From: an uncultured Actinomycetes bacterium
GTDB lineage: Bacteria > Actinomycetota > Actinomycetes > S36-B12 > UBA10799
Assembly: GCA_963821045.1 (NCBI GenBank)
Contig: CAWGCB010000006.1
Span: 517,697-581,696, forward strand
Length of the DNA: 64,000 bases
Reading direction: 5' to 3'
Below the pieces are notes generated by a model that did no database searches, was not told the DNA's origin, and saw only the letters and a program-made list of their open reading frames with translations. Below are positions 12,543 through 23,388 of this stretch, in pieces. The position numbers were made by a program, and so were the translations under genes. Within the stretch, counting starts at the first letter, position 1. Every line of letters starts with the position of its first letter.

Positions 12543-13163
12543 ATGTCCGACACCGGGATCTGGTGGATCTTCGCGTTCGTTGTGTCGTACTTCATTGGTG
12601 CGATTAACCCGGCGACTCTTCTAGCGCGCGCTCGCGGAATCGATCTGAAATCCAGCGGTTCGGGAAATCCAGGCGCGACTAACGCGAGCCGAGTTATGGG
12701 TCGACGCATCGGCATCTATGTCCTGATCTTTGACCTGCTCAAGGGGTTCCTGCCGGCGCTGTTGTTCACCATCTACGTCGGTCCCGCCGCTGGAGCATTC
12801 GCTGGATTCGCGGCGATTCTTGGGCACATGACCTCGCCGTTTCTCGGCTTTCACGGCGGCAAGGGCGTTGCCACTACTCTCGGAGTGCTGCTGGCCGTAG
12901 AACCCTGGTGGTTGATCCCGGTCCTCGCGACGTTCGCCATCGTGTTTCTGCTCTCCCACCGAACCGGTATCGCGAGTGTCGGTGGTGCAGTAGCGCTGCT
13001 GGGCGCCTCGGTGCTCGATCACAACAACGGCGAGGTGTCGATCCTTGGGGTCTGCATAGCGATACTGGTGATCATCAAACACCGTCGCAATATCGCCGAA
13101 GCATGGCGAGATTGGCGCAGTAAACCGAACCCGAACCCAAACACACGACCTGGGCCGAGCTAA
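12543..13163 (+). CDS. plsY: glycerol-3-phosphate acyltransferase PlsY
   Basis: GSGNPGATN motif, about 200 aa, 5-6 TM helices, FHGGKGVAT block. Confidence 0.9.
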   Translation: MSDTGIWWIFAFVVSYFIGAINPATLLARARGIDLKSSGSGNPGATNASRVMGRRIGIYVLIFDLLKGFLPALLFTIYVGPAAGAFAGFAAILGHMTSPFLGFHGGKGVATTLGVLLAVEPWWLIPVLATFAIVFLLSHRTGIASVGGAVALLGASVLDHNNGEVSILGVCIAILVIIKHRRNIAEAWRDWRSKPNPNPNTRPGPS

Positions 13164-13244
13164 AGGTTATCCACCGATGTGGGCTGTCCACAGGTAAGAC
13201 AGCGGCGAAGGTGAAGGTGCACTTGTTGGTTCTAGCGTCGCCCT

Positions 13245-14033
13245 ATGAACCAGCCAAACTCGCCGCTTGATTCAGGCGCATCTGATGACGATGAGTGGAC
13301 CATTGCTGAGCGTGTCCAGGTCCTATGGGATCGCTCGTCAGTTCGCTGGATCGTCACCTTGCTCGTTTGCGCGCTTGTCTTTGCACTCGTTGTGGCAATG
13401 CGATCAACTCCGGAGTCACAGCCGACTGCCAGTTCCATCACGACGGTCGGCTCACCTGCACCGGGTGCATCCGGGTCCGCTGCTCCGAGGGCGCCGAGCA
13501 GCTCGCCGGGCTCAGCAAGTGCCACCGAAGTCGGGTTTGCGGCGAGTAACAGCAGCGGGGTTTCCGGAGCGCAGGTGGTCGATGCTGAAGCCGCTATCGT
13601 CATCGTCGATGTAGTCGGCCCCGTTCGCCAGCCTGGGGTAGTGACGCTGCCGCAGGGTTCACGGGTAGCAGATGCGATCGCGGCTGCGGGTGGTTTGGCT
13701 AGGGGCAAGACCAAGATCAACCTCGCCAGGGTCCTCGTTGATGGTGAGCAGATCGACGTCGCCGCACCGGCCACGCAGACGGCAATCGGCAGTCAACCCG
13801 AGTCGGCATCGAGTGGCGCTATTACGCCGAGTTCCTCCGGTGGGCTGGTGAATATCAACACGGCGACTCCGGCGCAGTTGGAAGAGCTTCCGCGGATCGG
13901 TCCGGTAACCGCCGCGAAGATCATCGACTTCCGGGATCAGTACGGCGGGTTCCGCACTATCGAGCAACTCAAAGAAGTGCCCGGAGTTGGAGATGTCACC
14001 TTCAGCGGGCTCGCCCCACTGATCACCCTGTAG
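13245..14033 (+). CDS. comEA: ComEA family DNA-binding competence protein
   Basis: N-terminal TM helix, low-complexity linker, SLBB-like block (VVGPVRQPGVVTLPQGSRVADAI), C-terminal tandem helix-hairpin-helix (VNINTATPAQLEELPRIGPVTAAKI ... LKEVPGVGDVTF). Confidence 0.85.
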   Translation: MNQPNSPLDSGASDDDEWTIAERVQVLWDRSSVRWIVTLLVCALVFALVVAMRSTPESQPTASSITTVGSPAPGASGSAAPRAPSSSPGSASATEVGFAASNSSGVSGAQVVDAEAAIVIVDVVGPVRQPGVVTLPQGSRVADAIAAAGGLARGKTKINLARVLVDGEQIDVAAPATQTAIGSQPESASSGAITPSSSGGLVNINTATPAQLEELPRIGPVTAAKIIDFRDQYGGFRTIEQLKEVPGVGDVTFSGLAPLITL

Positions 14034-14041
14034 GCCGCAAG

Positions 14042-16462
14042 ATGCGCCGCATCGACCTGCGCCTTGTGCCAGCGGTGGTAGCTCTGTGGGCAAGTGAGGG
14101 CCTCGTATTAGGTCTTACGGCGGTAAGCCTGGACCTAGTCGCTCCCGTCCGAGTGGCACTAGTTCTTGTCGCCGCAGCACTCGTGGTCTTGGCGATGCGA
14201 CGTCCATCTGTGCAGCGACTCACCTGGGTGCTGGCCGGTGTAGCCGTGGCGGTCGGCGTAGCACTGGCATCTCTTCGACTGGCACCGCTGACTGCCGAAC
14301 CACTGCGCGCGATGGCTGAGCGCAAGGCGAGCGTTACCGCCAGTCTCGTTGTCAAAGTAGCCCCGCGATACTCAGCGAGTACGTTCGCCAACAGCCCTGA
14401 TGAGGTGTCTTCCCAGCAGCGCTACAACTGGTTCTCACGGGCTGAACTGCGCCAGGTGACCGAAGGCGGACTCACCACGAAGCTCTCCGTACCTGTCCTG
14501 CTCGCCGGGTCGACGAAGGGAATGGGGCTAACCGATGAGTTGATCCCCGGAGCGACGGTGGAGGTTATCGGTTCCCTGCAGCCGGGGGAGCCCTCACGAG
14601 CAAGCGCCGCCATCGTGCGGGTGCGAGGCGATCCCACCGTTACGCAACCGGCACCTCATTGGCAACTCGCGGCTCACCAACTCCGATCCGCCCTCGCGAA
14701 CGCATGTGATGCGTTGGCGCCAGATCCGAGAGGCCTGCTACCCGGACTTGTCGTCGGTGACGAGTCGAAGGTGCCCGATGATCTGCGGGAACAAATGCAG
14801 GCGGTTGGCCTGAGTCACCTCACGGCAGTGAGCGGTGCGAACCTCGCGATCGTTGCTGGCGCTGTCCTGCTCGTCGCCCGAGGCCTGCGACTCACTCGCC
14901 GGTTCAGCGTCGGTCTCGCCGCGGGCGCCATGTTCGGCTTCGTCGTTGTCGCGGGCTTCCAACCTAGTGTGCTGCGCGCCGCCTTCATGGGTGCCATCAC
15001 ACTGCTCGCACTGTTTACCTCACTGCGTCGAGTTGGAGTTTCTGCCTTGGCAGCAAGCGCCTTCTTACTGCTGCTCATCGACCCGTGGATGTCGGTCTCA
15101 CTCGGGTTCGCGCTCTCCGTCGCCGCCACCGGTGGGCTGCTTGCCTACAGCCTCTCGATTCGCGCCCAAAGTTCCGAGCGCACGCGAATGCAGCGACTTC
15201 GTCGGATCAGCGTCCAGGCCGTGGGGGTCGCAACAGCGGCACAACTGGCGACCACTCCGTTGGTCGCAGCAATCGGCGGAGGGATCCCGCTGGTTGGTGT
15301 GCTCGCCAACGTATTGGCTGCTCCTGCTGTCGCTCCGGCAACAATCATCGGCGTTCTCGCAGCTTTACTGGCGGTAGCTAGCCCAACCGCTGGTGCCCAG
15401 TTAGCTGCTCTTGGTGGCTACCCCACCGGATGGATCTCATCGGTCGCGCGTTGGTGCTATCAAGTGCCGTGGTCGACTGTTCCGTGGCTACCCGGAGTGC
15501 CCGGTTTTCTCCTTAGCTGTGCCTCACTCACAGCGGGATACCTCGCTTGGCGACGACGACGCGATATGCGCAGGGTTGTTCGTGCGTTTATGGGAAACCG
15601 GTCGATCCGACCCATAGCTATAGGCGCTAGCGCTGCCGTCCTCGCGACGGCGATCTGGCTAATCCCCAACAGCTCCGGTTGGCCGCCGCCGCAGTGGCTG
15701 ATGGTCGCGTGCGACGTGGGTCAGGGCGACGCATTAGTTGTGCGCACCGGTCTCGACGCCGCCATTGTCGTCGACGTCGGCCCCGAACCGGCCGCAATCG
15801 ATAGTTGTTTGGCTGACCTCGGAATTGTCACTATCGATCTGCTGGTACTGAGCCACTTCCACCAAGACCACGTCGGCGGACTAGCGGGAGCGTTGAACCG
15901 GCGAGTCGTGCACCGCTCCATCGTCAGTCCGCTGGCTCTGCCCGCGGCTGGCCACGCAGACGTCGTCACACAGCTAGGCGAACGTGGTGTCTCGTCGTCA
16001 CCGGCCAGGCCGGGGGAGCGCGGGCAGGTAGGCCCCGTGGAATACGAGGTGCTGTGGCCCACTCGGATCGTCGACAGTGCCGGATCGGCCCCGAATAATT
16101 CGTCCGTGACGTTATGGGTGCAACGCGCCAACGTCGGGTTGCTGCTGACCGGCGACCTTGAACCGGAGGCCCAACGGGTGCTCATGGGTCAGAGTTTGGT
16201 GGCGGATATCGACGTTGTGAAGGTTCCCCATCACGGTTCCCGCAATCAAGCCAGTGGATTTGTCGACTGGGTGGGACCAGCCACAACGGCGATTATCTCC
16301 GTGGGAGCAGACAACACGTACGGACACCCATCCGGTCCCACCGTGAAGAGTTGGGAAGATGCGGGTGCCTCCGTGCTGCGAACCGACATCAGTAGCGACA
16401 TAGCCATCACCGCTGGTCCCGATGGCTCTGCGGTAGTGCTAACTCGTCGGCAACATCCGTGA
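14042..16462 (+). CDS. comEC: DNA internalisation competence protein ComEC/Rec2
   Basis: 806 aa. Polytopic competence domain plus C-terminal metallo-beta-lactamase fold (ACDVGQGDALVV, SHFHQDHVGG, VPHHGS). Confidence 0.9.
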   Translation: MRRIDLRLVPAVVALWASEGLVLGLTAVSLDLVAPVRVALVLVAAALVVLAMRRPSVQRLTWVLAGVAVAVGVALASLRLAPLTAEPLRAMAERKASVTASLVVKVAPRYSASTFANSPDEVSSQQRYNWFSRAELRQVTEGGLTTKLSVPVLLAGSTKGMGLTDELIPGATVEVIGSLQPGEPSRASAAIVRVRGDPTVTQPAPHWQLAAHQLRSALANACDALAPDPRGLLPGLVVGDESKVPDDLREQMQAVGLSHLTAVSGANLAIVAGAVLLVARGLRLTRRFSVGLAAGAMFGFVVVAGFQPSVLRAAFMGAITLLALFTSLRRVGVSALAASAFLLLLIDPWMSVSLGFALSVAATGGLLAYSLSIRAQSSERTRMQRLRRISVQAVGVATAAQLATTPLVAAIGGGIPLVGVLANVLAAPAVAPATIIGVLAALLAVASPTAGAQLAALGGYPTGWISSVARWCYQVPWSTVPWLPGVPGFLLSCASLTAGYLAWRRRRDMRRVVRAFMGNRSIRPIAIGASAAVLATAIWLIPNSSGWPPPQWLMVACDVGQGDALVVRTGLDAAIVVDVGPEPAAIDSCLADLGIVTIDLLVLSHFHQDHVGGLAGALNRRVVHRSIVSPLALPAAGHADVVTQLGERGVSSSPARPGERGQVGPVEYEVLWPTRIVDSAGSAPNNSSVTLWVQRANVGLLLTGDLEPEAQRVLMGQSLVADIDVVKVPHHGSRNQASGFVDWVGPATTAIISVGADNTYGHPSGPTVKSWEDAGASVLRTDISSDIAITAGPDGSAVVLTRRQHP

Positions 16463-16517
16463 CATCATCTCCATCAGCAGTAGGTAAGCGAAGAACACCC
16501 GTCGAGCAGGGAGCGCT

Positions 16518-17516
16518 ATGGCATTGCGCGGATCCAACCTCACGTTGGTGGTCGGGCCAGAGGACTACCTAGTCGAGCAGGCAGTGAGTGGGCTAGTCAC
16601 GGCGGCGCGTCAGAGCGATCCAGAAATCGAGCGCCGCGACGTTGACGCATCAATACCCGGAGCAGTTGGGGAGTTGGAGCAAGCCTGCTCACCTACGCTG
16701 TTTGGTGGCGGCGCAATCGTCGTGATTGTGGGGGTCGAGTCCGCTGATGCCTCGTTCGTGGATGCAACCTTGCGTGCAGCCCAGGATCCCGATGGGGTAG
16801 CACTCGTCGTCGTTCATCCGGGCGGCGCCAAGGGAAAGAAGCAACTCGAGACTCTGTCCAAGGTCGCCAAAGATCGGATTAGTTGCGACCAGGTTAAAGG
16901 CAAGCGGGCAACCACCGACTTCATCAATGCTCAAATGCGAGCCCACAAGCGCACGATGACACCTCAGGCCCAGGCCCTGCTGATCGCGGCAGTTGGAGCC
17001 GATGTACGCGCGCTCGCGGCGGCCTGCTCTCAACTTGCTAGCGATGTTCAATCACACGACATAGACGCAGACGAGGTCGGCAAGTACTTCGGTGGAACGG
17101 CCGACGTCACTGGCTTCCAGATCGCTGACGCGGTCATGAACAGACAGGGGCGCGAGGCGCTGAGATTGCTGCGTCTCGCTGAAGGAACCGACGGCGGCAG
17201 CAAACTCGGCCCGGCCACTGTTGCCTCGCTGGTCAACGGCCTGCGTCAACTCGTTGCTGTGGCAGGGGCCGCGCCTGGTACGTCCGAACGAGACCTCGCG
17301 CTAATCGCCAAAGCCCCACCGTGGAAGCTGAAGGCCATCAACCAACAACTGCGACGCTGGAGTCAGATGGATCTGGCCAATGCCATCTTGCTGCTCGGAG
17401 ATCTCGATGCTGCAATGAAGGGCGGACTGCGCGAGGGTGAGCAGTTGGAGCCGACTCAGAAGGGTCTGGTCATGGAGCAGACTGTTGTTGCTCTGGGAAC
17501 CACGGCAAAGGGATAG
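16518..17516 (+). CDS. holA: DNA polymerase III subunit delta
   Basis: 332 aa with delta-subunit-like sequence, in the conserved position after comEC and before rpsT/lepA. Confidence 0.8.
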   Translation: MALRGSNLTLVVGPEDYLVEQAVSGLVTAARQSDPEIERRDVDASIPGAVGELEQACSPTLFGGGAIVVIVGVESADASFVDATLRAAQDPDGVALVVVHPGGAKGKKQLETLSKVAKDRISCDQVKGKRATTDFINAQMRAHKRTMTPQAQALLIAAVGADVRALAAACSQLASDVQSHDIDADEVGKYFGGTADVTGFQIADAVMNRQGREALRLLRLAEGTDGGSKLGPATVASLVNGLRQLVAVAGAAPGTSERDLALIAKAPPWKLKAINQQLRRWSQMDLANAILLLGDLDAAMKGGLREGEQLEPTQKGLVMEQTVVALGTTAKG

Positions 17517-17638
17517 GAAGAGTCGACCGGGGGTGGTGGGAACGGTCAAGGACGGCCGACAATTCGGCCATCGTTCAACTACTACCAACCTTCGGTCTGG
17601 CAGGAGTCCTCGTCCTCATGCTTGAAGAGAGGGAGCTA

Positions 17639-17899
17639 TCAGATGCTGGCGGCAGCGCGCGAGTTTGAGCTCTTGCGGTTGGCTGCTTGGTTCTTGTGAA
17701 TAACGCCCTTGCTGACGGCCTTGTCGAGCTCGCGGTTTGCGGCGCTCGCAGCCTCTGCGGCTTTGGTGGCGTCACCGGCATCGACAGCCTCGTGCACACG
17801 ACGGGTCGCGGTCTTGAGCGAACTCTTGACGGCCTTGTTGCGCTCGTGCGCAGCGTTGTTGGTCTTGATGCGCTTCTTCTGCGACTTGATGTTTGCCAC
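17639..17899 (-). CDS. rpsT: 30S ribosomal protein S20
   Basis: [30 protein letters not shown] is the unmistakable S20 N-terminus. 86 aa. Confidence 0.95.
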   Translation of the reverse strand: MANIKSQKKRIKTNNAAHERNKAVKSSLKTATRRVHEAVDAGDATKAAEAASAANRELDKAVSKGVIHKNQAANRKSSNSRAAASI

Positions 17900-18046
17900 T
17901 ACTCATCCAAGCTGGTTGTTTGCTGAGGTGGCTGTTCCCGGGAGGCAACTTCTCCGTGGGCATTCAGAAGTGGTCCGAGAGGAGCTCATCTGAAAACGTT
18001 CGAGAGAAAGTGCGCACCCTTTGGAGTCAGTACCGATCTCAGGCGG

Positions 18047-19978
18047 GTGGGTTTTATTCGACGTACCTGCCCTAAAGAGTACCTGCTAGGTCCCGCAAGT
18101 GCGAGTCACCCCCAAGGATGCGACGATTACCCGGTGAGCGAATCTGGCCCCGGTCCTGGTGAGACCCCGGCGAACCTACTGCGCAACTTCTGCATCATCG
18201 CCCACATTGACCACGGCAAATCGACCCTGGCCGACCGAATGCTGCAACTCACCGGTGTGGTGGATTCACGCCAGATGCGGGCACAGTACCTAGACCGGAT
18301 GGACATTGAACGGGAGCGCGGGATCACGATTAAGTCCCAAGCCGTCCGGTTGCCGTTCACGGCTCACGATGGGGTCACCTACGTACTCAACCTCATCGAT
18401 ACCCCTGGTCACGTCGACTTCACCTACGAGGTGTCTCGCAGCTTGGCAGCGTGTGAAGGTGCCGTCCTGCTAGTAGATGCCGCTCAGGGGATTGAGGCAC
18501 AGACGCTGGCGAACCTGTACTTAGCTCTGGAGAACGATCTGCAGATCATTCCCGTGCTCAACAAGATCGACTTGCCCGCGGCACAGCCAGAGAAGTTCGC
18601 GGCCGAACTGGCAGGAATCATCGGCTGCGAACCTGAGGACGTGCTCAAGGTGAGTGCAAAGACGGGGCAAGGCGTTCAGGAGTTGCTAGACGTCATCGTC
18701 GACCTAGTCCCGGCGCCAGTCGGGGTTGTCGATGCACCGCCTCGAGCGCTTATCTTCGACTCTGTCTACGACTCCTACCGCGGTGTTGTGACGTACGTTC
18801 GAGTGGTCGATGGCGAGCTCAAACACCGCGACCGGATCCAGATGATGAGCACGAAGTCGACTCACGAGGCCCTAGAAATCGGCGTTATCTCACCGGAACC
18901 CTCCCCGTCCAAAGCCCTCGGAGTTGGCGAGGTCGGGTACCTCATCACCGGCGTAAAGGATGTCCGACAGTCTCGGGTTGGTGACACGATCACGCTGGCT
19001 CACGACGGTGCGAAAATTGCGTTGGCAGAATATCGAGAACCACGTCCGATGGTCTTCTCTGGCCTTTATCCGCTCGACGGTTCGGACTTCCCGGATCTGC
19101 GAGATGCCTTGGATCGCTTGAAGCTCAACGATGCCGCGCTGGTATTCGAACCGGAATCATCTGCCGCACTGGGCTTCGGGTTTCGCTGCGGCTTTCTCGG
19201 CCTACTCCACCTTGAGATCGTTCGGGAGCGCCTCGAGCGTGAGTTTGGACTCGACCTCATCTCCACCGCTCCGAACGTCGTCTACCAAGTGACGATGGAT
19301 GACGGGTCTGAACACGTCGTGACGAACCCCAGCGAGTTCCCTGATGGCAAGCTAGCGAGCGTTTCTGAACCCGTCGTCAAAGCCACCATCCTTGCTCCGA
19401 GTGAGTTCATTGGCGCCATCATGGAGCTGTGCCAGAACCGTCGCGGAAATCTGCAGGGGATGGACTATCTGTCCGAGGATCGCGTTGAGATGCGCTACGT
19501 CTTGCCATTGGCCGAGATCGTGTTCGACTTCTTCGACCAACTCAAGTCGCGCACCCGTGGGTACGCCTCGCTGGACTACGAGCCGAGCGGTGTCGAGGAA
19601 GCTGACCTCGTCAAAGTGGATATTTTGCTCCACGGTGAGCCCGTTGATGCGTTCTCTTCCGTCGTGCATCGGGATAAGGCCTATGCGTATGGGGTCGCGA
19701 TGGCGGGGCGCTTGCGAGAACTCATTCCGCGCCAGCAGTTTGAGGTCCCCATCCAGGCAGCGATCGGGTCACGCGTGATTGCCCGCGAGACGATTCGAGC
19801 GATCCGCAAGGACGTGCTGGCCAAGTGCTACGGCGGGGACATCAGCCGAAAACGCAAGTTGCTGGAGAAGCAGAAAGAGGGAAAGAAGCGGATGAAGACT
19901 GTGGGACGGGTCGAAGTCCCGCAAGAAGCGTTCATCGCCGCCTTGTCTACGGGCGAGGAATCCGGTAAGAAGAAGTAA
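18047..19978 (+). CDS. lepA: elongation factor 4 (LepA)
   Basis: [18 protein letters not shown] (G1), DTPGHVDF (G3), NKID (G4), LepA C-terminal domain ([26 protein letters not shown]). The true start is probably the GTG at 18134. Confidence 0.95.
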   Translation: MGFIRRTCPKEYLLGPASASHPQGCDDYPVSESGPGPGETPANLLRNFCIIAHIDHGKSTLADRMLQLTGVVDSRQMRAQYLDRMDIERERGITIKSQAVRLPFTAHDGVTYVLNLIDTPGHVDFTYEVSRSLAACEGAVLLVDAAQGIEAQTLANLYLALENDLQIIPVLNKIDLPAAQPEKFAAELAGIIGCEPEDVLKVSAKTGQGVQELLDVIVDLVPAPVGVVDAPPRALIFDSVYDSYRGVVTYVRVVDGELKHRDRIQMMSTKSTHEALEIGVISPEPSPSKALGVGEVGYLITGVKDVRQSRVGDTITLAHDGAKIALAEYREPRPMVFSGLYPLDGSDFPDLRDALDRLKLNDAALVFEPESSAALGFGFRCGFLGLLHLEIVRERLEREFGLDLISTAPNVVYQVTMDDGSEHVVTNPSEFPDGKLASVSEPVVKATILAPSEFIGAIMELCQNRRGNLQGMDYLSEDRVEMRYVLPLAEIVFDFFDQLKSRTRGYASLDYEPSGVEEADLVKVDILLHGEPVDAFSSVVHRDKAYAYGVAMAGRLRELIPRQQFEVPIQAAIGSRVIARETIRAIRKDVLAKCYGGDISRKRKLLEKQKEGKKRMKTVGRVEVPQEAFIAALSTGEESGKKK

Positions 19979-20202
19979 GACACTACGCATCGTCAATGAT
20001 CAACCTCAATGACCGACAAGATCGGTTGGCGACTGGGTCGTAACGGGGCAGCATGCGCAACTGGGTGCATCAAATTTAGACATTCCGCGCGTTTTGCAGC
20101 AAAGTTCGCTTAGGAACCATAGTGTTGCCTCACAAAGTGATTTATGTCCGATTCCACGTCAAATGCCTTGAAGTACTTGACAGTCCGGGAGGAAGTCCGC
20201 GC

Positions 20203-22038
20203 ATGGCCTCAACATCAACAGCCCGAGAGAAGCTGCCAACTCCGGCCGCATCACTCACTCAACTCGTTCTTGATCGAATCGCTGCCACGCCATCGCGTGA
20301 AGCGTTCCGCACCCCAACCGCATCCGGTGGCTGGAGTTCCATGACCTGGGGCGAGGCCGGTGAAGACATCTTCAACATTGGTGCCGGGCTCATCGAACTG
20401 GGCATTGAGCTTGAGCAGCGCGTCGGCATCGCGGGCGACACCAGCACCGACTGGATCCTTTGCGATCTCGCTGTAGCCGTCGCCGGTGGCGCAGTCACGA
20501 CTGTCTACGCCTCGACCGGAGCGGACGACGTCGCTTACATCTTGAGCGACTCCGATACTCGGATGATCTTTGCTGAGAACGAGTCCCAAGTTGCCAAACT
20601 TCGCGAGAAGAAGGCGGACCTGCCGGATCTGCGCAAGGTCATTGTCTACGCAGGGGACAAGAACCCGGAGGATGGCGATTGGGTCATCACGCTCGATGAA
20701 CTCCGCGAGATCGGGAAGAAGAAGCGCGCGGAGGATCCCAACGTGGTCGCCGAGCGCGCCGCTCAGGTTCATCCTGAGACCCTCGCGACGTTGATCTACA
20801 CCTCGGGCACGACCGGCAAGCCAAAGGGTGTCGAACTGACCCAATCGAACTGGGGCTACGTCGGCGCAGCAATCGACGGCATGGGCGTCCTCACGATCGA
20901 CGACGTTCAGTTCCTGTGGTTGCCACTGGCGCACGTCTTCGGTTCGGTGCTGATTTCTACCCAACTGCAGGTCGGCTTCGTCACAGCAGTCGATGGCCGC
21001 GTGCCGCAGATCGTCGCGAACCTACCCATCGTCAAGCCGACGTTCATGGGTGCCGTGCCGCGCATCTTTGAAAAGATTTACGCCGGGGTTAACGCGCAGG
21101 TTGCTGCCGACGGCGGCGCCAAGGCCAAGATTGCGGCCTGGGCATTCGGTGTTGGAAAGCGCTACCGAGATGCAGAGATGGCCAATGGCAAAGCGCCAGG
21201 CGGTCTGCTTGGTGCCCAGTTCGGTATCGCTGACAAGTTGGTCTTCTCGAAGATTCGCGAGCGCCTCGGCGGCCGAGTCGAGATGTTCATCTCGGGATCT
21301 GCAGCCCTCGCTCCCGAGATCGCCGAATGGTTCAACATCGTCGGTATGCCCATCCTTGAGGGCTACGGACTTACCGAGAGCAGTGCGGCTAGCGCGATCG
21401 TGCGTCCGGACAACATCAAGTTCGGCACCGTTGGTGAACCGGTTCCCGGCACGGAGATCAAGATTGCCGATGATGGTGAGATCTTGCTCAAGGGACCAGG
21501 CATCATGCGCGGCTACCACAACAAGCCAGAAGCTACGGCCGAGGTGTTCGTTGAAGATGGCTACTTCGCTACAGGCGATATTGGCGAGATCGATGCCATG
21601 GGCCGGATCAAGATCACCGATCGTAAGAAGGATCTGGTCAAGACCTCCGGTGGTAAGTACATCGCTCCATCGGCGATCGAGAGCCAGTTCAAGGCACTCT
21701 GCGGTGTGGCTGGCCAGATGGTTGTGCACGCCAACAACCGCAACTTCGCCAGCGCGTTGATCGCGTTGGATCCTGATGCTGCGGCCGCGTGGGCAGAGGC
21801 TCGTGGAAAGCCGACCGACATTGCGTCGATCAGCAAGGACCCAGAGATGGTTGCCACTGTCAGCGCCGCAGTCGACGAGTTGAACGGCAAGCTCAACAAG
21901 TGGGAGACCATTAAGAAGTTCGAGATTTTGGACGCGCCGCTCACGGTTGAAGATGGCGATCTGACCCCGAGCTTGAAGGTCAAGCGCAAGGTTGTTGAGG
22001 AGAAGTACAAGGATCTGCTGAACTCGCTCTACGCCTAG
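20203..22038 (+). CDS. long-chain fatty-acid--CoA ligase (AMP-binding family)
   Basis: YTSGTTGKPKGV AMP-binding signature, GYGLTES, ATGDIGE ... KDLVKTSGGKYIAP. The ATG at 20203 (MASTST..) is the likely start; ORF 20122.. extends into AT-rich leader. Confidence 0.85.
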   Translation: MASTSTAREKLPTPAASLTQLVLDRIAATPSREAFRTPTASGGWSSMTWGEAGEDIFNIGAGLIELGIELEQRVGIAGDTSTDWILCDLAVAVAGGAVTTVYASTGADDVAYILSDSDTRMIFAENESQVAKLREKKADLPDLRKVIVYAGDKNPEDGDWVITLDELREIGKKKRAEDPNVVAERAAQVHPETLATLIYTSGTTGKPKGVELTQSNWGYVGAAIDGMGVLTIDDVQFLWLPLAHVFGSVLISTQLQVGFVTAVDGRVPQIVANLPIVKPTFMGAVPRIFEKIYAGVNAQVAADGGAKAKIAAWAFGVGKRYRDAEMANGKAPGGLLGAQFGIADKLVFSKIRERLGGRVEMFISGSAALAPEIAEWFNIVGMPILEGYGLTESSAASAIVRPDNIKFGTVGEPVPGTEIKIADDGEILLKGPGIMRGYHNKPEATAEVFVEDGYFATGDIGEIDAMGRIKITDRKKDLVKTSGGKYIAPSAIESQFKALCGVAGQMVVHANNRNFASALIALDPDAAAAWAEARGKPTDIASISKDPEMVATVSAAVDELNGKLNKWETIKKFEILDAPLTVEDGDLTPSLKVKRKVVEEKYKDLLNSLYA

Positions 22039-22052
22039 TTCGGCCTGATTCC

Positions 22053-23312
22053 TTGTCGGAATCATCGCTGCAAGGGGCGCTGACCAGCGACGCATTAGCG
22101 TCGCTCGGTCGGCGCCCCTTCGGCATGTACGTGCATGTCCCCTGGTGCGCGAGCAGATGCGGATACTGCGACTTCAACACCTACGTACCAGGCCTCATCG
22201 CCGGCACCGGCCCCCAAACCTTCGCCGATGACGCAATCACGGAGATCCGGCTTGCCCGTCAGATCCTCGGGGATGATGCGCCGGTGGTTTCCACCGTCTT
22301 CTTCGGTGGCGGGACCCCCACCATGCTGGAGGCCCGCGAGTTGGTCAGAATCCTCGACGCGATCGACGCCGAGTTCGGGCTAGCACCGGACGCAGAGGTC
22401 ACTACCGAGGCGAATCCGGAATCAGTTGATGCCAGGTACTTCACGACTTTGAGAACTGGCGGTTTCAACCGAATCAGCCTCGGAATGCAAAGCGCGGTCT
22501 CGTCTGTGCTGCGCATCCTGGAGCGCCAACATAGTCCCGGGCGCGCAGTGGCCGCCGCTCAGGAGGCGTTCGGGGCCGGATTCGATCAAGTGAGTCTGGA
22601 TCTTATCTACGGCACTCCAGGGGAGAGCGACGACGATTGGCAGCGTTCCCTCGATACCGCTCTGTCCTCGAATCCCACACACGTTTCTGCCTACTCGCTG
22701 ATAGTTGAGGATGGCACCGCCATGGGCCGCAAAGTGGCTCGCGGTGACCTTCCGGCTCCGCAAGAAGATGTGCTCGCCAAGCGCTACGAGATGGCAGATG
22801 CCGCGATGCTGGCGTCAGGATTGCAGTGGTACGAGGTGTCGAATTGGGCGAGGCGCAGCTCATCTGGCGGCGCCCCGGATATTCGTTTGGACTCCGAGTC
22901 GAGCGCCACTGTCTCACCGGATTTCGATGCACGGTGCCGACACAACATGCTGTATTGGCGAAGCGACAACTGGTGGGGCATCGGCCCGGGAGCACATAGT
23001 CATGTGGGAGGCGTGCGCTGGTGGAATGTGAAGCATCCTGCAACGTACGCCAAGTTGCTGTCCGAGGGGCGGCAACCAGTGAACGACTATGAGTTGCTTA
23101 GCGTCGGTGATCGGCAGGTCGAGGATGTGATGCTGCGCCTGCGACTACGTGAGGGTGTTGCGCTTGAGTCCATCTCCGTGCAGTTGCGGCCGAAGGCTGC
23201 AGAGCTTGCCGAGCAGGGCATCTTGGACCGTCGCAGGCTCGAATCGGATCAGCTCGTTCTTACCGATAGGGGTCGACTCTTGGCGGACTTAGCTGTTCGA
23301 TTGCTGACCTAG
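22053..23312 (+). CDS. hemW: radical SAM family heme chaperone HemW (HemN-like)
   Basis: YVHVPWCASRCGYCDF (CxxxCxxC radical SAM cluster) and a HemN_C-like tail. Conserved position upstream of hrcA. Confidence 0.85.
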   Translation: MSESSLQGALTSDALASLGRRPFGMYVHVPWCASRCGYCDFNTYVPGLIAGTGPQTFADDAITEIRLARQILGDDAPVVSTVFFGGGTPTMLEARELVRILDAIDAEFGLAPDAEVTTEANPESVDARYFTTLRTGGFNRISLGMQSAVSSVLRILERQHSPGRAVAAAQEAFGAGFDQVSLDLIYGTPGESDDDWQRSLDTALSSNPTHVSAYSLIVEDGTAMGRKVARGDLPAPQEDVLAKRYEMADAAMLASGLQWYEVSNWARRSSSGGAPDIRLDSESSATVSPDFDARCRHNMLYWRSDNWWGIGPGAHSHVGGVRWWNVKHPATYAKLLSEGRQPVNDYELLSVGDRQVEDVMLRLRLREGVALESISVQLRPKAAELAEQGILDRRRLESDQLVLTDRGRLLADLAVRLLT

Positions 23313-23388
23313 CGCGGGCGTATCTGGGCATAAATTGGGGTAACCCTTACGAGTGATCGCTATGCACTGTGATCAATCGTCCATATAG

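Noticed and set aside
17554-17569. GGCCGA-CAAT-TCGGCC hairpin between convergent holA and rpsT as a bidirectional terminator.
   Set aside because: It has only a 6-bp stem with no flanking T/A tract on either strand, which is too weak to call.
20251-22095. Long minus-strand ORFs (237 aa, 357 aa, 149 aa) across the acyl-CoA ligase gene.
   Set aside because: They are fully antisense to a gene with clear AMP-binding motifs. This is the typical high-GC shadow-ORF effect, and no motif is recognisable.
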